Of a stretch of DNA of 64,000 nt, positions 19,392 through 42,520 are shown in pieces. This stretch comes from the human T2T-CHM13v2.0 reference genome, Homo sapiens, in NCBI RefSeq assembly GCF_009914755.1, contig NC_060944.1. One strand, 5' to 3'. Every line of letters begins with the position of its first letter. The stretch's first letter is position 1. The position numbers were made by a program, and so were the translations under genes. The notes under the pieces are model-generated. The model searched no databases and was not told where the DNA came from. It was given only the letters and a program-made list of their open reading frames with translations.

Positions 19392-19962
19392 GTGGGAGTA
19401 TTTTTTAGGGTAAATTTCTCAGCATTGAAATTTCTGGGTCAGAGGTCTTCCAACAGATGGGTTACCAAATGTAATGTGTTACCAGATGTCTCTCAGGGAG
19501 GTGGTACCACTTACAGTCCCTATGAGCACACACCTTTTTCCTCTCTTGCCAGCATGGAGTATTCTAGTAAACATCGTATCTCTTTCTTTTAATTTGCATT
19601 TTTTTAAATTATTAGTGCATAGGATGACCTTTAAAGTCTATTGGCTGATTGTATTTCTTCTGTGAACTTCATGTTCATTGCTTTTTGGCCATTTTTCAAT
19701 TGATGGTTTGTCTTTTCGCATTCATTTATAATACCTCTGTACTTTGAAATATTTTACCCAGTAAAAATTGACATTCTTATGTAGTTAAAGCATGTTACAA
19801 AGTTTTAGTAGTGAAAATAATGTGGTCCGGGTACCGTGGCTCACCCCTATAATCCCAACACTTTGGGAGGCTGAGGCAGGCAGATCACTTGAGCTCAGGA
19901 GTTCAAGACCAGCTTGGGCAACATGGCGAAACCCTGTCTTTACAAAAAAATACAAAAATTTA

Positions 19963-20106
<144 letters not shown>

Positions 20107-20236
20107 TCAAAAAATATGTAAATAAAATGAAATTAAAAAATAAAATAATGTGATTGGCTGTGTGCAGTGGCTCACACCTATAATCCCAGCACTTTGGGAG
20201 GTCGAGATGGGCCAATGGGTTGAGGCTAAGAGTTCA

Positions 20237-20434
<198 letters not shown>

Positions 20435-20576
20435 CTATCTCAAAAAAATAATAAAATGTGGTCATAGTTCAGAAATAGTTTTAAAAAAATAAATAATACA
20501 GATTAAAATTAGACCAAAAACATATATGGAGGGTGGGGATTATTTGTGTATAGTAAAAGTGGCATTTCAAATATTA

Positions 20577-20804
<228 letters not shown>

Positions 20805-20870
20805 CTATATTAAAAAAAACAACAAAATTAGCCAAGGATGGTGGCGGGCACCTGTAATCTCAGCTACTCA

Positions 20871-21177
<307 letters not shown>

Positions 21178-21300
21178 TTAAATTAAATTTTAAAAGAAAG
21201 CATAGAAGTACTTAAAGAAGCCCAGGTACGATGACTCATGCCTGTAATCCCAGCATTTTGGGAGACTGAGGCAGGCAGATCACCTGAGGTTAAGAGTTCA

Positions 21301-21534
<234 letters not shown>

Positions 21535-21732
21535 TTAAATTCTTGGAGTAGGGAAGACCTTTCTTAGTAGAAACAAAGTCAAGTCATAAGGGGGAATATG
21601 TATAGCAATATAATTCACAGAGTTAATATTTTTGACTGTCAAGAATCAATCTAGGCTGGGCGCAGTGACTCACGCCTGTAATTCCAGCACTTTGGGAGGC
21701 TGAGGCAGGCAGATCACGAGGTCAGGAGATCA

Positions 21733-21966
<234 letters not shown>

Positions 21967-22009
21967 TCAATCTAATTATTTCACTTTGTGTCAGCTTATC
22001 CAACTGGTA

Positions 22010-22220
22010 TAGGTAAAAGAACTGTAGACTTGGAATTAGAAGGAATTGTTAGAAGTTCCTGATTCCCTCTCTTACTTGCCAAGGGTGACCCAAGGCATAG
22101 TAACTGTTAGTGTCTGTTTCCCTATCTGTGTAGTGGGGATAATGTTAACCTTACAAAATTGTTGGAAAATTTCAGTAAGGTGATATTTGTGAAAGTGCTT
22201 TGTAAAGTTGAAAGCCTAGT
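22010..22220 (+). mobile_element. MIR SINE
   Basis: TCTGTTTCCCTATCTGTGTAGTGGGGATAAT...TGTGAAAGTGCTTTGTAAA. Confidence 0.65.
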
Positions 22221-22475
22221 GCCCTACTTGTTGTTGCGTTATGACTTTGTAATTAATTATAGTGAAGGGAATATGTCTAGTTGTTCCTTTCCTGGATTAT
22301 CCAGGAAACAGCTTCCTGGTAGACTTTGAGGTATGGACTAGTCCTGCTTCTTGCTTTGAGGTATCTTTGCCTGTTGGAGTCTCAGATTCTCCTTTATCCT
22401 TATTTCCTGTTATGTCCCTTCTCCCTTCTCTCACTCTGCTGTAGCCACACTGACTTTGTTTCAATCCTTAAATAA

Positions 22476-22817
<342 letters not shown>

Positions 22818-22879
22818 TGAGTAGAGACAGGGCTTCACCATGTTGGCCAGGCTGGTCTTGAACTCCTAACCTCAGGTTA

Positions 22880-23390
<511 letters not shown>

Positions 23391-23560
23391 CTACTTTTTC
23401 TTCCTCCATGGACAACTGCTTGTTTTCTTCTGCTTCTGGCCCAGAGATCATGGGCTGTAATCCACCTTGCTGGGATACTGCTGGAGTAAGGGTAGAAGGT
23501 GGAGTTTGGAGAATGTGGGCCAAGTACCACTTCTCTTTCATAGTATGACAACAAAAGTCA

Positions 23561-23968
<408 letters not shown>

Positions 23969-25051
23969 CTAAAGAAAAAGGGAAATTAAAATCTCTATGA
24001 GGAACCCCTCATGGGTGCTTCCCCTATACCCCCTCCCCCAGTTTCTAACCTTACGCCCTGGTGTTGAGATCTGTGTTTCTCTCCATTCTGAGAGCACTTC
24101 CTTCAAGCTTTGCAGAGCTCCATCTTTGAGTAAAACCCTAACCCCTCCTACATGGGTTGGCTTCACCCCAGAATCTGCACCCCACCTTTGCTCCTCTATC
24201 CCACACCCTCTCCAGGAGTACATTGCCCCAGGTCAGACCAATTCACTCTAGATAATCTAAGACAAGTCTTTGTTAGGACAGTGGAGAGTAGAGGAGGGAC
24301 TCCAAAGCAGATCTGTGTAGAAGTGTCCATTATAGCGTATATTTATGCCTCTGTTCATGTGACATTTAACTGGTAACATACCCATCCAGTGATATACATT
24401 AATTCTTAGAGATAGCACTAGCCAAACCTAAGGAAGAAGAACGTATTTACCAGTAAGATATTATTATGCAGAGCAGCTTGAGTTCAGTTCTTGGATGAGG
24501 CCCCATCCTCTTCCTCCTCCCTCCATCAGGGGCTTCTTTAGTTCTCCCAGTTACAGTCACTTACACTTTCCTGTTAATTTACTTTCATGTTTTTTAAAAT
24601 GCTTTATTAAATGTGTAGCTAGAGTTGTCCCAGTTTTTAAGTTAACAAACCAAAGCTTAGAAAAAATTTTTTGTTTGATAATGAATCAAAGAGTGTTACT
24701 CAGCTGAGCACCGTGGCACACGCCTGTAATCCCAGCACTTTGGGAGGCCAAGGTGGGCAGATCACTTGAGGCCAGGAGTTCAAGACCAGCCTGGTCAACA
24801 TGGTAAAACCCTGGCTCTACTAAAAATACAAAAATTAACTGGGCGTGATAGCAGGCACTGAGGCTGCAGAACAGCTTAAACCTGAGAGGCGGAGGTTACA
24901 GTGAGCCAAGATCGCACCACTGCACTGCAGCCTGGGTGACTGAGTGAGACTGTTTCAAAAAAGAGTGTTACTCAAGAAACATTGAGATTATTTTCAGAAT
25001 TTTTGTATTCATGTTTTTAAAATTTGAATGTGTTTCTTTAATTTCTTACAG

Positions 25052-25178
25052 GGCTCTCACCTTTGTGTATCCTTTTGGTGCCACATTGAGTGTCATGAAA
25101 CCAGCAGTGGCGGTTCTGTCTACAGGTTCTGTCTGCTTCCCACTTAACAGACCCATTTTGGCTTTCTATCACTCAAAG
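25052..25178 (+). CDS. IFT52: IFT52 exon 7
   Basis: cttacag|G GCT CTC; ALTFVYPFGATLSVMKPAVAVLSTGSVCFPLNRPILAFYHSK (seen in ORF 25011..25361); donor AAG|GTACAG. Confidence 0.96.
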
Positions 25179-25425
25179 GTACAGCTTTTCTTAGATATGG
25201 GTATAGATGTTATTTTTATTGTTGAAATAATAAAAACCACCTTACCATTTCCAGAAGGCTTCTATATGTTTTCTCACTGGTCTTCCTGCCAGTCCTGCAA
25301 AGTAGCATTTCAGCTATATACATTTTGCTTATGGGGAAACAGTGGATTGTCCAGTAATTGATGAAGTTAAGGCCTAAACCTAGCTCTTATTATTCTAAAC
25401 CCGAAGCTTTTCCACTGTAGCATGA

Positions 25426-25641
<216 letters not shown>

Positions 25642-25971
25642 TAGCCAGGATGGTCTCGATCTCCTGACCATCCTGCCTCGTGGTCCACCCGCCTTGGCCT
25701 CCCGAAGTGCTGTATTATAACTTTTAAAATAACTTTTTTTTTTTTTTGATCCCATGGCAGCATATTGATGAAAATAACTTTTAATCCTGTCTGTGACTAT
25801 GGGCTGTCACCCTCAGTGTAAAGAGAATACATTCAGGAACAGATGGAGTTAACATATTACACAAAATAGCACAGAATTATGTTGCTGTTAGTTTATACTA
25901 GGAAAATATATCAGAAAACTATTTTTCCAGTTATTATCCTAGAGACCCCATAGAAATGTGGGCACAGCTAG

Positions 25972-26422
<451 letters not shown>

Positions 26423-26713
26423 TAATAGAGATGGGGATTTACCATGTTGCCCAGGCTGGTCTTAAACTTCTGAGCTCAGGCAATCCCCCCCACCTCAGCC
26501 TCCCAAAGTGCTGGGATTATAGGCATGAGCCACTGTGCCCAGCCCCCACTGCGTTTTAATTCACATTTTGCTGAATTTACCTTCATCTGCCCCCTAAGAC
26601 AGAATTCACCAGCTGATCTCCTAATTTTTTTTCTAGGGACCTAGGTGTCTCTAGCTCTGAACAATCCTATTTTTCTTTGTGGTACCTAGGAATTACCTTT
26701 CCCTTCTTATTTA

Positions 26714-26926
<213 letters not shown>

Positions 26927-27380
26927 TCAGGAGATTGAGACCATCCTGGCCAACATGGTGAAACCCCCTCTCTACTAAAATTACAAAAATTAGCTGGGCG
27001 TGGTGTGGTGGCACGCGCCTGTAATCCCAGCTACTCAGGAAGCTGAGGCACGAGAATCGCTTGAACCCAGGAGGTTGCAGTGAGCCGAGATTGTGCCACT
27101 GCACTCCAGCCTGGAGGCAGAGTGAGACTCCGTCTCAAAGAAAAAAAAAATATTGAAAAATTAGCCAGGCACGGTGGCAGGCTTTGCAGCATTTGCTTTT
27201 AACCTGGTACAAATCAGAGGGTTTTTTTTACCAATTTTTTAAAAATGTATGTAATGTGTGTATTTATGTCTCTTGACATCTCTGGCTTAGTATAATTCTT
27301 TTCCTGGGGAAGTTATAACTATGCCTGTTCCCTGTATGTGATGTAGCTAAAAAAACCGATTTCATTTTGTATTTTTACTA

Positions 27381-27745
<365 letters not shown>

Positions 27746-28084
27746 TTACAATAATTGTAGAAAAAATGAACAATACAGAGATAAAGCAAAAGAAAAAAAA
27801 TTCCCCCATCGCACTACTCCAAGACTCTAAGACAGCCCAGGTTGACATATTATTCACTTTCTCCTACTTTTGCTTTGCCTTATTTTTATTTATTTGCCTC
27901 GTAAGCTTTAAAGTAGAATAGCAATATAATTTATAGTATAGGTCAGGCATGGTGACTCATGCCTATAATCTTAGCACTTTGGGAGGTTAAGGAGGTAGGA
28001 TCACTTGAGGCCAGGAGTTTGATACCAGCCTTGGCAACATAGTAAGACCTGTCTCTACGAAAAAGTTAGCTGAGTGTGGTGTTA

Positions 28085-28207
<123 letters not shown>

Positions 28208-29620
28208 CTATCTCTAAAAATGGGAAAAAAATTATAGTATACTTTTTTTTTAACCGAATGATGTGTTGGAAGCATTTTCCCATGTTACTGAAAACCCTTT
28301 ATAATATGAAATTTAACTGCTGAAGAAGGTTGCATCATTCTGAATTACTTTTTTGTGAACATTTGGATTTATTTCTAATTTTTTGTGACTATAACTACAC
28401 AACTGGGCATAGAATTTTTTATGTTTCAGACTGCTTTTGTTGCATATGTTAATAGTTTCAGCAACAATGTGTGAAAGAACTTATTTCACTAAAATTCGAC
28501 TAGCGCTGTTTATATCATATTTTCATATTTATTTATCTGATAGGAAAAAGTACTTTGTTTTTATTTGTTAAAAGTTACAAGTATTGAAAATTTTTCTTAT
28601 TAACCAGTCATTATTTTATGACTCTCTCATGCTTGTGCCTTAGTTTTCTGGTTTTTTTTTTTTGAGACGGAGTCTCACTCTGTCGCCCAGGCTGGGGTGC
28701 AGTGGTGCGATCTTGCTTCACTGCAACCTCCGCTTCCCAGATTCAAGTGATTCTCATGCCTCAGCTTCCTGAGTAGTTGGGATTACAGGCATGCACCACC
28801 ATGCCTGACTAATTTTTGTATTTTTAATAGAGACGGAGTTTGGCCATCTTGGCCAGCCTGGTCTCGAACTCCTGGCCTCAAGTGATCCACCCGCCTCGGC
28901 CTCTTAAAATGCTGGGATTACAGGCATGAGCCACTGCGCCCAGCCTTGCCTTAGCTTTCTTTGAGACTGAGTCTTACTCTGTTGCCCAGGCTGGAGTGCA
29001 GTGGCGCGATCTCAGCTCGCTGCAACCTCGCCTCCCAGGTTCAAGCAATCCTCCCGCCACAGCCTCCCAGGTAGCTGTGGGAGTACAGGTGCGTGCCACC
29101 AACCCTAGCTAATTTTTGTATTTCTAGTAGAGACAGGGTTTTGCCTCCCATGTTAGCTAGGCTGGTCTTGAACTACTGATCTCAGGGTGATCTGCCCACC
29201 TTGGCCTCCCAAAGTGCTGGGATTACAGGCGTGAGCCACTGCACTCAGCCTGCTTTAGCTTTCTATTTGGATCTTACTTAAATACTTTTTTTTTTGGTAC
29301 CCATAGGTATCTTTAATTGTACAGACTGTCTTTGAGTTTATCTTTTTTCCCTTTAAAATTATGATCTTCGTTTATAAGATAAACAACAATAGGAAAATGC
29401 TGTAGAATCAATTTAATTTTTTTTTTTTTTTTTAATTTTTAGAGACAGGGTTTCCCAGGCTGGAGTGCATGGTGCAGTCATAGCTCATTGTAACCTCGAG
29501 CTCCTGGGCTCAAGTGATTCTCCTGCCCCAGCTTCCCAAGTAGCTAGGACTACAGGTATGCCTCACCACACCCAGCTAATGTAGAATTAATTTATGTTAG
29601 TTTTCGTTAAAGCCAAATAA

Positions 29621-29965
<345 letters not shown>

Positions 29966-30141
29966 TGATCCACTGCGCCTGGCCTATAGTTGGTATTTCT
30001 AAACTTTAAAATCTGGGTGTGAATTGGCACTCTTCAGTATATAAGACAGTTGCTAGCATGATTCTAATAAGTGTCTGGGTACTAGGATACATGAGATGCA
30101 CTTTCGGATTTGAGTATCTGACCCTGCTTTGTCATCAATAG

Positions 30142-30228
30142 AACCAAGGTGGGAAGCTGGCAGTGCTTGGTTCATGTCACATGTTCAGTGATCAATATTT
30201 GGACAAAGAAGAAAACAGCAAAATCATG
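30142..30228 (+). CDS. IFT52: IFT52 exon 8
   Basis: tcaatag|AAC CAA GGT; NQGGKLAVLGSCHMFSDQYLDKEENSKIM; donor ATG|GTAAGC; 87 nt, phase 0-0. Confidence 0.96.
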
Positions 30229-31083
30229 GTAAGCTTTTTCTTTTGTCATATTAATATACAATGTGTATTATTTTCATGTCATTTAAAAAAATACTGGTAA
30301 GTTTATTTGCTCATTTAAAAGCAGCTACTCAGAACCCATTATATGCCAGGCACTGAGAATACAAAGTCGAGTCAGGCATAGTCCCAGTCCCTGCTTTGGA
30401 AAAGTTTGTAATACACTGAGAGAGAGAGAGACAAATTAGTAAACCCAGAAGGGTGTTTCTGAGCATGTCAGGTGGGGTGGGAGCTGAGCCTGGAGAAGCG
30501 GAGAGGAACAGGCTCAATAGCAGTATCACGTGTAAGGCCAAGGAGCTTGAACTTGATGCTGAAAGCCACAGGGAGCCCTTGGGTTTTCAGCAGCCTTGAG
30601 CATAGCCAGATCTGTGTTTCTTCTTTTTTTGTTGTTGTTGTTTATGAAAGAACTTCTAGAATGTTTTGGAAAGATTCTTCTGTCAGTTGTGTGGAAAGTG
30701 GAAAGGAGGAGGCAGCCTAGAGCCAATTAGGAAGGTGGTGGTGTCACCAGGCAAGGAGAAATGGGGACCTGAATTACGGGAGTCAAGGTGTGAGTGGAGA
30801 GGAGGGGCTGGTAGGAATGGGAATTAGGAAAGGCTCTGTAGAGGACTACTCACTGACTGATGTGGCAAATAAAGTAAAGGCATTGCAATTTTGTCAAAAA
30901 AATGCCAAGGGAACATGTCTTACGGAAGATGGCAGAGTAGGGAAGCACATGTCTGTACAGCATGTGCCAGAGCTGTCCATTGGTGATTCCAGTGAGAGAA
31001 AGAAACGCCTTATAATTGTTATATTGGGAGATTGATAAAGATCTTATTTCTGTGGAATTTACATGAAGTTTCAATGTCTCTAG

Positions 31084-31356
<273 letters not shown>

Positions 31357-32059
31357 TGATCCACCTGCCTCAGCCTCCCAAAGTGCTGGGATTACAGCTT
31401 GAGCCACCACTCCCGGCCTAGGTATTCTTCTTTTCAAAAGTTTTAATTTCAGACTGTCATCACAGTAAATAGGGATTAATTCAGGATTGTGAACAAAGGT
31501 TAATAAATTTTAGCTTGTGGTTAGAGGTTAGGGTGCTTAAAGATACATTATAAATTTCTGATAATAAAAGTTGCATTATGCTGGTCATGGCAGCTCATGC
31601 CTGTAATCCTACTACTTTGGGAGGCCGAGACAGGTGGATCACCTGCGATCAAGAATTCGAGGCCAGCCTGACCAACATGGTGAAACCCCATCTACTAAAA
31701 ATACAAAAATCAACCAGGCCTGGTGGCAGGCACCTGTAATCCCAGCTCCTCAGGAGGCTGAGACAGGAGAATCGCTTGAACCCAGGAGGTGGAGGTTGCA
31801 GTGAGCCAAGATTGCGCCACCGCACTCTAACCAGGGCGACGGAGCGAGACTCTGTCTCAAAAATAAAAGGTGCATTAGGGTGAAGAAAACCTTTGAGTTC
31901 TCATATGATTGCATCAAGACAAGGCTGGCTACCCTTTTCTGAATCACTGGTTTAATCTTTCTTCCTTTATCATTCTTCTTGATTTAATTCTCTAGTCCTG
32001 ACCTTCAGCTTTTTCAAATAACCAACTGTCCTAATTATATACTTTTTTTTTTAATTTAG

Positions 32060-32128
32060 GATGTTGTTTTCCAGTGGCTCACGACAGGAGACATCCACCT
32101 AAACCAGATTGATGCTGAGGACCCAGAG
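32060..32128 (+). CDS. IFT52: IFT52 exon 9
   Basis: aatttag|GAT GTT GTT; DVVFQWLTTGDIHLNQIDAEDPE; donor GAG|GTAGAC; 69 nt, phase 0-0. Confidence 0.96.
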
Positions 32129-33054
32129 GTAGACACCGAATTATTAGAAACTTTTAAATGAAAAATGAGTCCAGCTTCTCAGTACCACTTCTCACAGCTC
32201 AAAAGGAATACATGACTGTCTTAACTCATCTGTAAGACAGATGGAACGAAGGAATGATTTGGGGGAGATGAAGGCCATATTGTAAAAAATAAGTCAATAA
32301 ACAATATATGTAATTAATCATAGAATTAATTGGAGGGGGAGCATACATACATACAGTATGTATATAAATTAGAATTTAAATTATGGGCACTCTGGCCCAG
32401 ACTTTCAAAATGAGCATCTGCAGAAAAATACTTTTTTCAGAAATCTGAAATTTTCTCATAAAGAAACAAAGAGTATCAGAATTTATGTTGTAAACTATAA
32501 TTTTGTTGCCTTTAGATTTAACAGTTCTAAAGGCATTATAATAATATTCATCAGACAAGGGAAAGTGGTGAAACCAGCACAGTGAAATCACCACCGGCTC
32601 TTGGACCTTATACAGGTTCTTTCTGACCATTTTTCATCCTAGTTTTCTTTATTAAAAAAATTTTTTATTGTATTTATTTTTTGAGATGGAGTCTCGCTCT
32701 GTCGCCCAAGGCTGTAGTGTAGTGGCACAATCTCAGCTCACTGCAACCTCTGTCTCCTGGGTCCAAGCGATCCTTCTGCCTCAGCCTCCTGAGTAGCTGG
32801 GATTACAGATGTGAACCACCATGCCTGGCTAATTTTTGTATTTTTAGTAGAGGCAGGGTTTCACCATTTTGGCTAGGCTGGTCTCAAACTCCTGACCTCA
32901 AGTGATCCACCTGTCTCAGCTTCCCAAAGTTCTGGGATTACAGGCGTGAGCCACTGGGCCCAGCCTTCTAGTTTTCTTATCTGTGAACAGGGAACACTAA
33001 TACCCGTGTTCTCTGCCTCACAGGATGGTTGTGTGGGCTAAGTTAATAGATGGT

Positions 33055-33260
33055 AATGTGTCAGGCATTGTATGCCATATACTTCCACATAAGTCATCTT
33101 ATTTAATCCTCATAACTGCCCTGGGAGGCACATGGTCTTATTCTCATTTTATAGATGAGGAAACTGAAATCCTTCAAGATTGCAGTGTGTTCAAATGGCA
33201 GGCAAGTGCAGAGCCAGGATCCAAATCCAGGTCTCCTAATTCAAACTGCACTTACTCTAC
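33055..33260 (-). mobile_element. MIR SINE
   Basis: TTATTTAATCCTCATAAC...CATTTTATAGATGAGGAAACTGA core. Confidence 0.75.
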
Positions 33261-33538
33261 AATTGTTTCTCTATTTCTTAAACTCTGAAATGTCAGGAAA
33301 ATGATTTCCTGGCCATTGGTCATAGGAGGTAGGTGAGAAGACAGTCGAAGATGGCTGTCCACTGACTGCTTCCTCCCTCACTAGGGACATGGCTTCTCAG
33401 AGACTGATTTGGGTTAGGAAACAGGAGAGCTGCATGTCTAAAATATTTCCTTATGTGGAAACATTAAGCATGTGGATATTTTGCTTCATTATTTAAGTGT
33501 AATATATTTAACCACTCTCGGCCGGGCGCGGTGGCTCA

Positions 33539-34054
<516 letters not shown>

Positions 34055-35093
34055 ATATATTTAACCACTCTCCTGTTGGCAGGCATTTATGTTTTCCTGG
34101 TCTTTTACTAGTCCACAGCATGTGTCATGACTGAGGGCTCTCAGCAATGCTGGAGGGATGTCCTTGGCTAGGGGAGAAGGACTGGGATCTAGTGTAGCAG
34201 TGGAGGAACTGTCTGTACTGGTGTCACAGGTGCTCTGGCATGTATCAGGAGGAAAGAAGCAGATAGGGCCTGGATGCTAGGGGGTGGGCACATGTTATGG
34301 TGGGAGCTTGTGGACTTTCTTTCATGATTTCCTCTATTTTCTTACTAAAATAGAAAATAAGGTCATTGCTAAAATGGTGAAAGGGAAAACCAATTTTTTT
34401 GTTTTGAGACAAAGTCTTACTGTGTCACCCAGGCTGGTGTGCAGTGGTTTGATCACGGCTCACTGCAGTGTTGACCTCCTGGACTCAGGTGATCCTCCCA
34501 CCTCAGCCTCCTAAATAGCTGAGACTACAGGCACACACCACCATGCTCAGCTAAATTTTTTTGTATTTCTGTAGTGACAGGGTTTTGCCATATTGCCCAG
34601 GCTGATCTCCAACTCCTGGGCTCAAGCGATCCACTCACCTCAGCCTCCCAAAGTGTTGTAGGTGTGAGCCACTGCACCCAGCTGGGAAAATCATTTTGAT
34701 GGCTGAACTGACAAAAGGGAATTATTGTCTAGAAGAATGGGAAAGTGAGTAGACTACGGAGATGTAGTTGATTGCTGAGCGCTCAAGATCAGAGATCATG
34801 AAATTAAAAGACCAGTTGATAGGGTTGTATGTTTCTCCAGCTGTTTTCAGCCATGTGAGTACTGGTGTAATTGGAGATTTGGATTTAGCCAGTACTGGGG
34901 TTTAGCCAAGTGAGTTTTGTTCCTCTTTGCACATAAATTGGCTTATTTAAGGTTTAGTGTCAGTGATCATGAACAGTAAAATTTCTTGGCAAGAGAATAT
35001 AAATGTTGCAGATTTAGACCTGAGACAGTGGAGACTTGACAGAATAAATGCTTGCTCTTGCTGTGCTAAAAGGAACCCTCTTGTGGCTTTCAG

Positions 35094-35248
35094 ATTTCTG
35101 ACTACATGATGCTGCCCTACACAGCCACCCTATCAAAGCGGAATCGAGAGTGTCTCCAGGAGAGTGATGAGATCCCAAGGGACTTTACCACCCTCTTCGA
35201 CCTGTCCATCTTCCAGCTGGATACCACCTCCTTCCACAGCGTCATCGA
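35094..35248 (+). CDS. IFT52: IFT52 exon 10
   Basis: ctttcag|ATT TCT GAC; ISDYMMLPYTATLSKRNRECLQESDEIPRDFTTLFDLSIFQLDTTSFHSVI; donor CGA|GTCAGT. Confidence 0.95.
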
Positions 35249-35477
35249 GTCAGTACCTGTGGGCCTCTGAGCCACACTGCACTCCATTCTGAGTGTTTGG
35301 TTTGGAAACATGAACCTGGGAACGGGAATTAGGGTCACAGTAAATGTGGCATGCAGAACATGTTCTCAGATCTATGATGAGGTCAACAAAGAAACTGGGC
35401 TGGGCATGAGGGGTTGATGTAGAGGAACTGCCAGAGGTTATTAGCCCCTGCGTGTTCCAGATTCTGGACCAGGCATT

Positions 35478-35593
35478 TAGCCTGACCAGCTTGTTTCATT
35501 TTGCCCCAGACTTCTGGTTTTAGCACAGAGAGTCCCAAGTCCCAGGAAAATGGAGTCCCAAGTCCCTCAGTAAATGGAGATGGTGGTCACCTC
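35478..35593. mobile_element. MER81-like hAT-Blackjack MITE
   Basis: TGACCA...TGGTCACC termini and internal TGGTTTTAGCAC...AGTCCCA...GTCCCAGGAAA; contains a small duplication of AGTCCCAAGTCCC. Confidence 0.5.
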
Positions 35594-36189
35594 ATTTCTC
35601 TCTGGGTATCTGGGCAACTGGTAATGCTATTAACTGGCACTTAGAATGCAGGAAAAGGAATGATAAATGGGCTGTGTTCTGGGCACTCTCAGTCTAGTGC
35701 GGATGTGCAGGTGGAACTACAAGTTTAAAGATGAAAAGATCTGTAAAGCCGTTAGGGAAGCCGTGGGATGGGATGAGGACATCAGGGACAGCACAAGAAT
35801 GGGAATTGGCCTTGAGACAGGACCTCACAGCTGTCAGTGCTTGAGAGGCAGGAGAAGAAGAGGGCCAAAGACAGAAGCTGGGGAAAAGCAGTTAAAAGTA
35901 CAGGACAGCGGGCAGCATCCTGAAGGCAAAGGAGGAGGAAATGACACAGAAGCAGAGGGGTTCAGAAAGGGCCAGGGCTCATCTTCACTGTTTCTAACCT
36001 GAATTTTGCTCAGGGAGAAAATTGTTTAGCTTGTCTTCCTTTCTCACCCCCGTGTATCCGGAGAGCAAGAGCCATGTCTTATCAACCTGGAATCCTCATT
36101 GCCTAAGACCCAGAGCCCAGCACATCCTGGGCATTTGGGGGATGTTTGTGAAATTAGCATGCTGCCATTCTCCTTGTGCCTTGCTTATA

Positions 36190-40340
<4,151 letters not shown>

Positions 40341-40378
40341 AATGCCCAGGAATTACTTAGTTGCATGTTTTAGTATAA

Positions 40379-40678
<300 letters not shown>

Positions 40679-41004
40679 TAGCCAGGATGGTCTCGATCTC
40701 CTGACCTCGTTATCTGCCCGCCTCGGCCTCCCAAAGTGCTGGGATTACAGGCGTCAGCCACCGAGCCCGGCCCCAACTTAAGTTTTACAGACATTGAACC
40801 CCCACTTTCTGCCAAGAGCCTGCAAATACTACCACATTTACTGTTTACAACAATTCTGAAAAGTAGAGAATAGCTCCATAGTTAACTTCTAAGAAGCTGA
40901 GGCTTGGGACAATTTGCTCTAAGTTAAACAGCTACTAATCAAGCCCTGACTAACAATTGTCTTTAGCTCCCCTCTCATCTCCCCTTCCTTCAATATTAAT
41001 AACA

Positions 41005-41170
41005 ACTAACATTTATGTACTTTGCATTATCATGTAACAACCACAGTGAGGCTGTTATCTCCATTTTACATCTGAGGACGCTGAGGCACAGAGAAATTAA
41101 GTGATTTGCTTGAAATCACACAACTAGTTTTCATTGGGACCTGAATTTGAAGCCAGGCAATTTTAACTCT
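41005..41170 (-). mobile_element. MIR SINE
   Basis: CTCCATTTTACATCTGAGGACGCTGAGGCACAGAGAAATTAAGTGATTTGC core. Confidence 0.75.
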
Positions 41171-42319
41171 GAATCTTGGAAGAAATTATCTGAAAATGTG
41201 TTACTGTAGGAGGTGAGGGTGCTTTTAAGAAACAGCAGGACCAAAGCCTTCAGAGCTACCAGGGCGTGACATCTGCATCACCCCTTCCACAGGTAACAGC
41301 CTGGTCACAAATCCTGTAGCTCCTGGCTGCATGTTTGGCTCTTAACTTGCTTGGTTTTGAGCTCTGGTGTTCTCTTCCTCCTCTGCAGCTCAGGGCTTTT
41401 CTTAGAATAAAAAAAGATACATCTGACCACTCCGCTAGCCAGTTGCAGTCTGACCAGCTTCTGCTGTTTTGGCCTAATTCTCCCCTGATATGTTTAAACC
41501 AGATCATTATGATAATTCTTCAGTGTTAAATGAAGGATTAATTGGAACTGCCTACTGTCTTAGTGTCAGCAGAGTCAAATAGTGGATGTTTCAGAGACTT
41601 AGACAACTCTTGTATTTGTCTTACATACCACAGCAGAGGCCAGTAGTTACTGGCTTCTGGTGTCTATATGGTAAGCTCAGATATTTTCATTTGCTAGTAA
41701 CATCTTTCAATAGTTTATCTTTTCTGAGTTAAAATTCAGTTAGGCTTTAAATATTTATGTCAACTACAGGGTGTTGCTCTGAAGTAATTTCATTTGTCCA
41801 TTGGGTGTTTATCAATGCCTGTGGAGTATGAGGTAGAGGCAGATGGTGTGGAGTCCCTGCCCTTAGAGTTCATGGTCTGATGGGCTGGGGCTTGAAACAT
41901 GGAGTGGTGAAAACGCAGTGCCAGAGGTCAGGCCATTCCCGAAAGATCTAGTTCAGCGCCATTTCACAGATTTATATTTAGCTTTTGCATCTGTTCTTCC
42001 CTTGGTTTTAAGATGAGTTTCTCCAGTCCCTTACCCGGTTCCCATCAAGCCATGTTGGCTAATGGTAGGAGGATAATTAGGGCAGGTGGTGAGCAGAGTG
42101 GAGGAAGGGAAGACTTAATGGGACAAAGCCTTTGCTCCAGCACAGTCAGCTCTCTCTGGGGACAGAAAGCGGAAATAAATTCACAGCTGGGATAGCTGAG
42201 GCTAGGACTCAGCAGCAGGATTCTTTGTGAGCAGGTAGTAAGAATTTTAGTTTAAAACTGCCCCTAATCACTTTTGATTTTGGGGCAGACCAAAGTAAAG
42301 ATTCTGGTTGGCAGAGATT

Positions 42320-42520
42320 GGCTACGTCTGAGTTCTGATCTTGCCTTTGTCCCATCTTAACCATATGATTTGGGGAAGCTACTGTTTATCATTCCTGTAC
42401 CTCAGTTTCTTCTATAAGAGATTATCCGACTTTCCACAGTTGTATTGAGGATTAAATAAGTTTAAGTGCCTAACACAGGGTTGGCATAATACATGGCATA
42501 TAGCAGGTGCTTGATAAAAG
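42320..42520 (+). mobile_element. MIR SINE
   Basis: CTGTACCTCAGTTTCT...GTTGTATTGAGGATTAAATAAG...AAGTGCCTAACACAG. Confidence 0.7.

Noticed and set aside
25179-25361. Exon-7 read-through ORF with nearby AATAAA (25229-25234) as an alternative terminal exon
   Set aside because: The signal lies before the in-frame stop, so cleavage there would give a non-stop mRNA; there is no other support.
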